The notes under the pieces: generated by a model
What the model was told of the DNA's origin: nothing
The model's input: the letters and a program-made list of their open reading frames with translations, nothing else
The model's database searches: none
In this document: positions 1 through 9,192 of the stretch, piece after piece
Numbering within the stretch: the first letter of the stretch is position 1
Layout of the letters: each line of letters starts with the position of its first letter
Made by a program: the position numbers and the translations under genes
Assembly: GCA_963825865.1 (NCBI GenBank)
Contig: CAWGVG010000035.1
Coordinates: forward strand, 1 to 17,558
DNA length: 17,558 nucleotides
DNA from: an uncultured Nitrososphaeraceae archaeon
GTDB lineage: Archaea > Thermoproteota > Nitrososphaeria > Nitrososphaerales > Nitrososphaeraceae
Direction: 5' to 3'

Positions 1-207
1 TTATTTTTCTTTTCTAGAGTAACAAGGTTATTCATACCTTTTTCTTTTTCTGACGTTACGTCAGTTGCAGTAGTAATTTTCCTGTTGTTATTTGATGCAT
101 TCTATTTTTTCTTCTTCTTCTTCCATTCTCGCTAAACCGTTACATATACACATATACATATGTAGGTATTTTGTTTCTCTAAGTGTATTCTGTTGATTTA
201 ACAATTA

Positions 208-666
208 TTAATTGTCAGGATATCCTTTTTTGTTCTTTGCATGTGCTTTAATTATTTGAAGTGCATTTTCTGCGGGCTCTTTTTTAGGGAGCTGAATCAT
301 AAAGACATTTGAGTCATTTGGAGTAACAGAGAATTTAGGAGCAAGTGCAATTAACCCTGTATGAGTTAATGCCTCAAAGAATTCCAATATATCGTTAGCA
401 TGTAAAAGATAGTTTTCATCTAGCGCTGTGTTCGGAAATTTCAGTTGTATATCAACAAAAACATCGCGTCCATCATGAAATATGTTCAGTAGGGTATCAA
501 CCGCTAGTTTTTTACCATAAATGCCATTCATAATCTCATTGTACCTTCTTGGATTAACGTAGACACATGGAATCTTATTCTCATTAAAATCTATTAATGC
601 AACTCCCTCTTTGTGCAAGTTTTTTAGAAAGTCATCAATTGTATTAAAATATCTATTTTTTGTCAC
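208..666 (-). CDS. Hypothetical protein (152 aa)
   Basis: Uninterrupted ORF with GTG start and globular-looking composition; no motif recognised. Confidence 0.75.
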   Translation of the reverse strand: MTKNRYFNTIDDFLKNLHKEGVALIDFNENKIPCVYVNPRRYNEIMNGIYGKKLAVDTLLNIFHDGRDVFVDIQLKFPNTALDENYLLHANDILEFFEALTHTGLIALAPKFSVTPNDSNVFMIQLPKKEPAENALQIIKAHAKNKKGYPDN

Positions 667-824
667 GACATAGACACGTTAGTATAAGTAAAATAATATT
701 ATTATTGATTTTCTTTATCATTTCAGCAATATGGTCTTTCTTCTTTTATTAAATCCCGCTGAGCAATAGAAGAATCTGCTGCGTATCTTTATAAAGAGAT
801 AAATTTTCTATATCCAGCAAATAT

Positions 825-2461
825 TTAGCAGAGCTTTATTGACTTTGCCAACATCAAGGCACGCTGTGAATCATCAAGCATCATCTCCTTATTTCTGTAT
901 TTACTACTGAAATAAATTAAATCAATCATCTTATACCGATCGATGTTAACTATGCTTGTTCCGTTTGATTCGCCATAAGCATTTGTATTAGTTAGTACCT
1001 ACCAATTTATCTGCATAATCTGCAGATTTTACTGCATTGGATATTTGTTTGAAGCTCTTTACATAATCCTTGTTTATCACTACAGCAACTGCAACTTTGG
1101 TTCCATTTGGATCATCGTAAATAAGGTCAATTCCATTACCTTTTCCATTGGCAAGCTTCAGGTTTTGCTACTGTACCTATTTCATAAGCATAATTTACAA
1201 GATTTCTTACTGCATCGCGGACGTCAGATTCCAACATTTGGACATCATCTGAATTCCGTCGAATTTTGAAGAAATCTGGTAGTGGCACACCCATGATGCT
1301 AGCCTTTATTCTCAACCCGGGATAGACAACTTTTATGGTATCATCTATGGCCTCTTCATCAATTATTACAGCATTTCTTTTTCCAGCATTTTCAGTAGCA
1401 TGATACAGGATGTTTATCATCGATCTTATATTTCTGAAATCAGGAAATTCATCGTAAATTGCTTTGATCTTGGCTGTAAGATCTTTTTCATCATCTGTTG
1501 TAAAGTTCTTTCCACAATCATAATATCTTAGATATTCAAAACTGATATCAAGTATCTCTTCCAGAGTATTTGAACCTGCAAGGTCAATTTTATAATTTGC
1601 TTTCTCTAACCTATCAAATACTGCACTATTTTTATTCCGTATTTCTTCATATGAAGATGGTGTCAGAATCAACATAGGTACTGTCGAAGGCAGGTGTGCA
1701 TTAATCACTGCCTTAACAAAATCTAATGACTCTTTATCAGAATCAAATTCATCTATCTGAAAAATTGTCAATTTTTTTAAAAATTTCAAATTCAAACTGG
1801 CTATTGCAGATATACTTGCGATTATATCTTCAAGTGTTGATACACTATAGGCGCCTGCTCTGAATTTGCCTTCAATTAATAATTTGATAATAGATATTTC
1901 AGTTAGAGAGAAGTCTTCTTTTAAAACATTGTGAATAGCAAAATAATTAGGAACAATTTTATTTTGTAGGATCTGTTCTGCCTTGTACGCTAGGCTTTTT
2001 CTTGTGATTAAATCCACATATCCATAATTGAAAATTTTCTTTGCGTCTATGATATTCCGCTCAGCTTTGTCCCTCAGAAAATAAACAACAGATTCTTTAA
2101 GGTTCCTGACATAGTCATCAGTGAAACCCCCTAACATGGACCTGTACAGACTGTGCATATCTCGTGGCAATATTTGAGAAAGGTCAACGTATGAAATTAC
2201 AGTATTATCACAAAGTTCTTGCAAATCTCGAATGTGCAAGGATAAATGAGTCTTACCCGAACCGACATCTTGGATTAGTGTTATTAAACGAAAATCCTTA
2301 TCGGTAGGCTTTTCAGTTATTTTGGACAATAAGTCTCCTATACAAGATAGCACGGCGGTCTTTGCTTCCTTATGCTTTTTGCCGCCCAGAATTCTGGCAT
2401 CAATCGTTGTTGGTGTGGGACTAGAAGGATATGGATTTTGTGCTAGCTTGTATGGATACAC
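825..2461 (-). CDS. AAA+/P-loop ATPase of unknown function with C-terminal alpha/beta domain; about 544 aa after correcting two frameshifts
   Basis: Walker A variant QDVGSGKTH, Walker B IFQIDEFD, sensor-1-like LILTPSS, Arg-finger-like AVFDRLE, sensor-2-like RNIRSMINIL. The tracked ORF stops at 1136, but removing one base at ~1157 and one at ~999 continues LANGKGNGIDLIYDDPNGTKVAVAVVINKDY...DKLVVLTN...IDRYKMIDLIYFSSKY...LAKSIKLC to TAA at 825-827. Confidence 0.85.
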
Positions 2462-2462
2462 A

Positions 2463-3104
2463 CTATATACACCTCACCAAGCCGTGAAGTAGACCCCTTA
2501 CTGTTAATCCCTCGGTTCCACCAGTCGATAATTCATATTTATCTTGGTACTTATTTGTCAGTTGCTCAACTAGACTATAAAATTCTTCATTGGATAAATT
2601 ATACTTAGTATACAATTCGTTTCGGATTTTTGCTAGTTCAACCCAACCTATAGAGCTTGAATAGTTAGCAACAGCAATATCAAACTCATTTTTGAATTGG
2701 TCTAACTGTATCGTTAATGGTCCACTCAAGATTATTTGTGAAGAGCTATGCCCATTTTTTTCTATGGTCGACTTTGACAAATTCGAGATATTATCAACAA
2801 GCATTTCAACAGTCTTGGCCAATCCGTCAGAAGTTTTATTAACAGATTGTTCAAGCGTTTTTATTGCTTCATATGTTAGTCGAAACTTTGGATCCGAATT
2901 TAACAAACTTTGAAAGTAATGATCCTTATACCAGCAGTAGTATGCTGCGCCTTTTTTATCGATAAATACATCACCATTGGTAACCATATGTTCTAGAATT
3001 GTGTCAGTTTCTGTCTCTGCAAATTCTTTGCGTAGTTCGGTCTTTTTAACTCCAATCGAACCAGCGGAGATGATCCTTTGTATAAGCTTTTCCTCTGCTG
3101 ACAT
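2463..3104 (-). CDS. Uncharacterised protein, probable wHTH - coiled coil - wHTH architecture; operon partner of the ATPase
   Basis: 213-aa ORF whose stop lies 1 nt from the ATPase GTG. N-terminus has three helices plus a beta-hairpin (GDVFIDKKGAAYYCW), the middle is heptad-like, and the C-terminus has a helix-turn-helix-like pattern (GWVELAKIRNEL...LSNEEFYSLVEQL...YELSTGG). Domain calls are by eye. Confidence 0.75.
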   Translation of the reverse strand: MSAEEKLIQRIISAGSIGVKKTELRKEFAETETDTILEHMVTNGDVFIDKKGAAYYCWYKDHYFQSLLNSDPKFRLTYEAIKTLEQSVNKTSDGLAKTVEMLVDNISNLSKSTIEKNGHSSSQIILSGPLTIQLDQFKNEFDIAVANYSSSIGWVELAKIRNELYTKYNLSNEEFYSLVEQLTNKYQDKYELSTGGTEGLTVRGLLHGLVRCI

Positions 3105-3125
3105 AAGGTAAAGGTTTAAAATTCT

Positions 3126-3133
3126 TATTTAAA
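3126..3133 (-). promoter_or_regulatory. Putative TATA box for the 3104 operon (probably leaderless mRNA)
   Basis: TTTAAATA on the minus strand about 22-29 nt upstream of ATG 3104. Confidence 0.5.
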
Positions 3134-3223
3134 TTTGGAAGTAACGTATTACTACATCATTAGTGAAGATAATTAAACTTTGAAAGAAAAAGGTTATTTA
3201 GAGTATAATCGAAAATGGTAAGG

Positions 3224-3279
3224 GGATGATGATTGCTCTTTCTGAAATATGATGATGAAAGTACTTAGGGTAACTGACC
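3224..3279 (+). ncRNA. Probable box C/D guide sRNA
   Basis: Intergenic; C box ATGATGA 3226-3232, D' CTGA 3242-3245, C' ATGATGA 3249-3255 or 3252-3258, D CTGA 3274-3277, flanking GG/CC; about 52-56 nt. Confidence 0.62.
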
Positions 3280-3547
3280 ACTTCTATAATTTACATGAAT
3301 GAATGGCTGATCTTTTTATAAATAAGAGTTGTAATATTTTTATCACATCATTAATAAATGTCAGATAATATTAAAAAATAAAATATGGTGAACAGACAAT
3401 TTTTGATATCATAGCATTTTTGAAGGAAAAAATTCAACAAACCGTCTCCTTTCTTTTTTACTGTAGAAATAATATTAATAATAATAAAAGAACAAGCCAC
3501 AGATATGTGTGTATATTTAGTTTGGAAGTAAGTAGAAGGCGTATTTG

Positions 3548-5727
3548 CTAAGTAGTTTCATATTCTTTGAATTTTGCCCTGCCCTTCTTCATAAGAGTGA
3601 ATATAAACATAATTACGGCTATCCATATTACACTGAGGAGTACATTTGTGAAACTGACATATAGATAAGGCGTAGCTTCTTCAAGATTGGTTTCAAGTGT
3701 TTTGATTGATCCATGAATGTCTTCTAATCCCGTATTATACGCAGCAGTGTGGGGTTCCAGCGATGAAATAGAGTTAGCACGAGAAAGCATAGCGTCAAGG
3801 TCGTTTTGGATTAATCGAAAATCTGTACTTGGAGTTGAGAATGACCAGACTGGATTTCCTTGCTCTGGAAGCAATAGCTTTACTGGTATGATATAATCTG
3901 CCACCATTTCAGGTGTTTGAGCAATTTGAGCTCTTGATAAATATCCCATTGCCCTCTCCATTGGATAAATCGTACTTTGATATCCAAAATAAGCCATACC
4001 AGCTCCAAAAGCTAAAAATCCCAAAATTCCTACTAATATTAGTCTATAATATGTCACTGTCATCTTATTTCCATCAGCGTTATTGAAAGAGACCGTTCTT
4101 GCCCTAGTCTTTGCAAATGCGGTAGTATTTAGTGTATCGGTCTTTCTGATCTGATGTCCTGTATTGCCGACTTTAGTCGTATCATGAAGAGATGGGTAAA
4201 TAACCTTTTGGGGTAGTAAATTGTTTTTTTGATGTATATTTGATTTTTTCGTAAAGGAGGAATGTACTATGCTCAAATAAGCAATATAAAAGAAACCAAT
4301 TGTTTGAATTGCTATTAGAGGAACGAAAATTGAACTATCTGAAAATATAGAAATGAATATTGCGATGCAACCATAAAGCCCAAAAAATATTTCTAGTAAT
4401 GTGGTTTTAGTGAATGGAAGGACATAGGCTTTATTTTTCCAGTCTTCGCCTTTTTTGACTATACCAAATTTAGGAGTTCGTAAGAATTCATTCTTACCGC
4501 TTAATAATGCATCAAAAACTGCTATTGTATTATTGACTGATACCCCTGTTGCAAAAAATATCAAAAACAAATATTGTCGTACTTTTACCTTCCATTTTTC
4601 TCCCCAGATTTTCCTGATCATGTAAAGATAAGTAGCCGGTCCCGTAAAAATATAAATCAGAATACCAAGAATCGGAGCCCAGCTAACTGTATATAATTTA
4701 TAATGCAATGTTAGCAACATAGGAAATATCAGAAATTGGGTTAGGAATAATGGATGTACAATATGCCTTGTCAGTTGGATAAAAGCCTGAATCTTGGTGT
4801 CTATTGGTATTTTTTTCTGCACCGCAACATCAATTAATAATTTCAGAGCAACTTGCATTGAACCCTTTGCCCATCTAAACTGTTGACGCTTTGCAGCATT
4901 CATCTGGACTGGAAGCTCTGCTTCTACCACAATATCTTCAAGAAAGAGACCCTTCCAACCTTTCATTTGAGCTCTGTAACTCAGATCAAGATCTTCAACT
5001 AACGTACTTGTATGCCAGCCACCGGCATCATTAATACATGAAGTCCTCCAAATACCAGCAGTTCCGTTAAAGTTCATGAATAAATGTGTTAAGCTTTTTG
5101 CTTTTTGCTCAATTAAGAAATGCAAGTCAAGAGAAACTGCCTGTGCTTCAGTAAGAGAAGAATAATTTTCGTTTATATGGCCCCACCTACACTGATCAAT
5201 CCTACTTTGGGATCGGTAAAGTTACCTATTGTCTTTTTCAAGATCCAGGGCGGAGGAATGAAGTCTGCATCAAAGATTGCAATAAATTCACCTTTTGCAG
5301 ATTTCATACCGGCCTTTAATGCACCAGCTTTATATCCAGATCTAACAGTCCTATGAAGATAAATTATATCAAAACCTCCCAGCTTATAGTCATTAACTAT
5401 TGATTTAATCAGTTCAATGGTATCATCGTCAGAATCATCCAGTACCTGGATTTCCAACTTTTCCTTTGGATAGTCTATTTTACATACTGCATCGATCAGA
5501 CGAACAACTACATATTTTTCATTATATAAAGGAAGTTGAATTGTTACTGTAGGAAGAGAAGCATCATCATCGTTTGATATTTCTCTCTGCCTACATCTTC
5601 GTTTTTCATGGCGGTGATTGTGTAAAGACTGATAAGAAAGATAGTAAAAATTAAGCGTATAAGAAGTTATTATCCATACAATGCTAATAAATATCGCATA
5701 TAGAAAGGCGCCAATCCCAAGCATCAC
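3548..5727 (-). CDS. GT2 processive glycosyltransferase (cellulose-synthase-like, CSLA/glucomannan synthase-like) with extra C-terminal membrane-anchored domain; one frameshift at ~5195; about 726 aa corrected
   Basis: Joins ORFs 5173..5727 and 3548..5125. Motifs QLPLYNE, QVLDDS, GYKAGAL, IFDADF, FNGTAGIWR, VEDLDL, QQFRW and several TM segments. Adding one base at 5194/5195 restores VGL-x-QCRWGHINENYSLLT. Confidence 0.9.
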
Positions 5728-5796
5728 ACAATTACCGTCCTAAGAGCGAATGTTAATCAACTAATATATATTGTAATAGTAAAAATTTTCAGTAGA

Positions 5797-6863
5797 TTAT
5801 TTCTTTTGGAATATTTTTACACATTGTGGAGGACATACATTTTCACAGGCCATGCAGAATATACAATCTTTTTCTCTAATCATAAATGGTTTCTTTTCCG
5901 ATGCTGGATGTCCCGGTGTATCTAACCACTCATATACATTTACTGGACAGGCTTCAATGCATGCACCATCTGCTACACATATGTCAAAATCTACACATAC
6001 TTCTGTACCCCATATACCTAACTGACCCGGTGGATCTATTGGACCCCATACTTTTATGTCCTTAAAGGTGCCTGTTACCTGCCTCTTTGACTTGAAATTT
6101 TGATCAATAGGACCATCAACCTTTGAATAATCGGTACCAGTTCCAGTAAGAGAAATAGTTGTATTATCGCCACTACCGCTACTATCACTACTGGCACCAT
6201 CTGCTGCGTTGCAATAGTAGTAGGAGTTAGAGCAGAAGTTGCGGCAGAGGGAGATGAAGAAGGTGTAATAGGTTTTGGTGGTGGTGGTGGTGTAGTGTGA
6301 CCTGTGGATGGAGGAGGTACAGTAGCACTTCTTGGTTTTGGATTCTTTGCCAAAGGAGTTAACTCTTCTAACTTCTTTATTGCTAATTCAAGTGAAAGCT
6401 TTTCTGCCTTCTGATAATGAGCAAGTAACTTGTCACCGATCTTTGAATTTCTGATAACGGTATCAATAACCATCTTGGCATTCTGATCTGCCTTCTGTCT
6501 ATAGTTTCTTACCCAGTAATGATCGCCGAAAAATTCAAGTGGTTTTATCTGGTAAATTATGTCAATTACTTCACCAGTTACAACTTCTACGGTAACATTT
6601 AGATCGGCAAATAGTTCTTTCTGTGTTAACTGGTCTACACCATTCTCGGTCCACTTGTAAGTTAAATAAATTCTATCTGCATATGTATCAATTTTAAATG
6701 CAGAGCTTTTCAAGTCATTAGTAATACTTGAAATATCAGAGTGCTCAGTAACTTCAATTGGAATTCTGAAGACTCCTAATCTGCTAGCATGTAATGGATA
6801 AATACCTCTTTTTGCAACTCCAGACAACATCACCCATACTCGATCTTTTAGAAGGGCAGACAT
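5797..6863 (-). CDS. Unknown N-terminal domain + Pro/Ser/Thr linker + Zfx-type dicluster ferredoxin domain; one frameshift near 6208; about 355 aa corrected
   Basis: Alternative frame reads [105 protein letters not shown] to TAA 5797-5799, with CxxDxxCxxxCP and CxxCxxCxxxCP motifs. That frame has no start codon upstream of the domain. Confidence 0.85.
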
Positions 6864-6913
6864 AATATTACGACCTCTACTATTGAGTAAATAAGAAAGG
6901 GCTAAAAGCCTTT

Positions 6914-7228
6914 CTATTGATCATCTTCTGGGCAAGTCATTTCTTGAATAGATTTGTACTTGGTTTCCATTTCCTCAGCAAGTTTTATAACATGTTGCAA
7001 GGAATATTTCGTTTTCGGAAAATACCATCTAACTCCTACTTTATGACCAGTACCATTCATATCATAAATTATCCCCTTTTCTGCTTCTACGTTATACTTA
7101 TCGTCAATAGTATTTTCTCGTATTTCTAGACCTCTTTTGGTTTTATCTTCCAATATGAGATTGTAATCATTACCCTCATAAATAAAATAAAATTGTCCCT
7201 TTTTTACAATGGGTCGTTCTGGTTGCAT
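6914..7228 (-). CDS. Hypothetical protein (~104 aa) ending TCPEDDQ
   Basis: ORF fills the gap between the co-oriented sulfurtransferase and ferredoxin-fusion genes; ATG at 7228 or TTG at 7231. Confidence 0.75.
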   Translation of the reverse strand: MQPERPIVKKGQFYFIYEGNDYNLILEDKTKRGLEIRENTIDDKYNVEAEKGIIYDMNGTGHKVGVRWYFPKTKYSLQHVIKLAEEMETKYKSIQEMTCPEDDQ

Positions 7229-7253
7229 CAAAGTACTTTAAGATACAATCGCT

Positions 7254-8111
7254 TTATTTTTCTATCGGATTGCCTATCATATTACCCCATTCAGTCCATG
7301 ACCCATCATAATTGCGTACTGAAGGATACCCAAGAAGATATTTCAAAACAAACCAACTATGCGAAGATCTTTCTCCGATTCTGCAATAACAAATAACGTG
7401 TTTATCAGGGGTCACACCTTTTCCTGCGTAAAGTGCTCTGAGTTCTTCCATACTTTTGAAAGTTCCATCTGATTCTTTTACTGCTTGTGACCATGGAATA
7501 TTACTTGCTCCAGGAATATGACCGCCTCTTTGGGCGTGTTCTGTAGGATATTCTGGTGGCGCAGTAATCTCGCCGGAGAATTCTTTTGGAGAACGAACAT
7601 CAACCAAGACAGTTTCGGCTGCTCTTTCAATTGCTCTTTTTACATCTGGCAAGTATGCGCGTATCCCTTCATCAGGAGGATGTGCGGTATATTTTGAAGA
7701 TTGTGGAGGGGGCTCATCTTTTGTATATTCTCTGTTCTCCATTTCCCATTTTTTTCTGCCCCCATTCATTATCATAATTTTCTTGTGACCATAGTATTGG
7801 AATACCCATAATGCAAAAGCAGCAAACCAGTTGTTAAAATCTCCATACAATACAAGTTCTGTTTCAGGAGTAGCACCCACTCTTGACATAAGAGCCTCAA
7901 ACTGTTGTTTATTAATTATGTCACGGCGATTTTGATCATTTATATCTTTTTTCCACCACACCAAATATGCGTCTGGTATATGACCCTGTCTGTATGCATT
8001 TTCAGAGTCGTAATCAACTTCAAGTATTCTGACCTTTGAATTTTTTAGGTTGTTTGCTACCCAGTCTGTTTCACACAATACCTCTGGAGTAGAGTAACTA
8101 CTGCTAGACAT
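7254..8111 (-). CDS. Thiosulfate/3-mercaptopyruvate sulfurtransferase (tandem rhodanese, CysA/SseA type)
   Basis: GHIPDA, LVDVRSPKEFSG, GGHIPGA, active-site CRIGERS and C-terminal signature VRNYDGSWTEWGN. Confidence 0.95.
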   Translation of the reverse strand: MSSSSYSTPEVLCETDWVANNLKNSKVRILEVDYDSENAYRQGHIPDAYLVWWKKDINDQNRRDIINKQQFEALMSRVGATPETELVLYGDFNNWFAAFALWVFQYYGHKKIMIMNGGRKKWEMENREYTKDEPPPQSSKYTAHPPDEGIRAYLPDVKRAIERAAETVLVDVRSPKEFSGEITAPPEYPTEHAQRGGHIPGASNIPWSQAVKESDGTFKSMEELRALYAGKGVTPDKHVICYCRIGERSSHSWFVLKYLLGYPSVRNYDGSWTEWGNMIGNPIEK

Positions 8112-8508
8112 AATAATAATATCTTACATGTCCACTACTTAAAATGTTTGTAAAAGAAGAACAACAACAAAGACAATTATAAACTGAACAAATATTTTAA
8201 TACAAAACCACCTAGTCAGTAAAAAATATTATTGTTATTATATATCTATCAATATATATAATAAGGAAGAGTAAGTTTGCGCTATTAGACAAAACATACA
8301 CCCTCAAAGATAATTTGTATGCGATAAACACGTTACGCTCGAATTAGCCAAACAATATATGTTGACTATACATAGGATAATAATTATGCTAAATAATGCA
8401 AATTAAGCAGAACCAACATTCGATCTCAGATTTTAATGAAAAAGCTATTTGAAAGTCACATACTCCTCTTAAAACACTTAAATTATCATAGTTTCGGCAT
8501 AAATTTGT

Positions 8509-8612
8509 GGGCCGGTAGTTTAGTCCGGTAGAATACCTGCCTTGCATGTCACAATAGTACCATCAGGCAGAGGAAACGTAGGTGGTCGTGGGTTCGAATC
8601 CCACCCGGTCCA
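8509..8612 (+). tRNA. tRNA-Ala(TGC) with a 30-nt intron (8546-8575, or equivalently 8547-8576)
   Basis: Acceptor stem GGGCCGG/CCGGTCC with G3:U70 Ala determinant and A73; T arm GTGGG-TTCGAAT-CCCAC; anticodon stem CCTGC/GTAGG; anticodon TGC 8543-8545; 74 nt after splicing; CCA not encoded. Confidence 0.92.
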
Positions 8613-8708
8613 CTACAGTATTAGTCATAAAATAGAGTTCTCAACAACAAAAAAAGTGAGAAATAAAATATTGATCGAGACACCTAACTCACATTCAAGT
8701 TCCAGCCC

Positions 8709-9075
8709 TTACTCTAATAACACTAGTTTCGTTTCATGGCAACTAATGTAGAAATATCTTAGAACTTTTATTCGATCTATTTTATCCTTGACATTGGACT
8801 TTGCTCTTGCTTCTATTAATGTCGTTCCATAGCGCGACACAAAACCTAAAATGACTGCAATTCCTATGGAGATGAGTATACCTCCTATTATTCTTCCCTC
8901 TGCTGTAACCGGATATACATCACCCATATCCTGTAGTTGTAATAGTTGTAAATGCAAACCAAAATGCATCACCTATATTTTTAATTGTAAATCCTTCACT
9001 TTCCCTCTCTACTTTGTATATACCCAACGCTCCAAAGATTATTGCTACTGTAATTAAATTAATAGATAAAATTAA
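8709..9075 (-). pseudogene. Potassium channel pore domain (2-TM, KcsA/Ion_trans_2-like), frameshifted and lacking an in-frame start
   Basis: Reads ITVAIIFGALGIYKVE...IGDAFWFAFTTITTTGYG then, after an extra G (8923-8925), DVYPVTAEGRIIGGILISIGIAVILGFVS. In-frame TAA just upstream of TM1. Confidence 0.8.
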
Positions 9076-9192
9076 TTATTGACTGCAATTTTGTTTATCT
9101 ATGAAAAAACTCATGATTAGTTACTCTCATGATGGTTTATCTAATTTAAAAGGTAAATTACTGATGTATAGTATGATTATCTCAGTATATCG

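Noticed and set aside
1-126. Possible 5' end of a minus-strand gene (MEEEEKI... or MNNLVTLEKKN...) and a 15-bp palindrome CTGACGT-T-ACGTCAG at 50-64
   Set aside because: Truncated by the window edge, frames disagree and no motif is recognisable; the palindrome has no supporting context.
3105-3547. Replication origin next to the initiator-like ATPase operon
   Set aside because: AT-rich, but no ORB-like repeats or G-strings seen.
6075-6387. Programmed -1 frameshift producing the ferredoxin fusion
   Set aside because: No canonical X-XXY-YYZ slippery heptamer seen in the zero frame, and similar indels occur throughout the window.
8547-8551. tRNA-Asp (TGTCA) or Ala(GGC) reading of the tRNA
   Set aside because: Both triplets fall inside the intron; G3:U70 and the anticodon stem geometry support Ala(TGC).
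8590-9190. Integrated element at the tRNA 3' end
   Set aside because: No integrase and no duplicate of the tRNA 3' end seen in the window.
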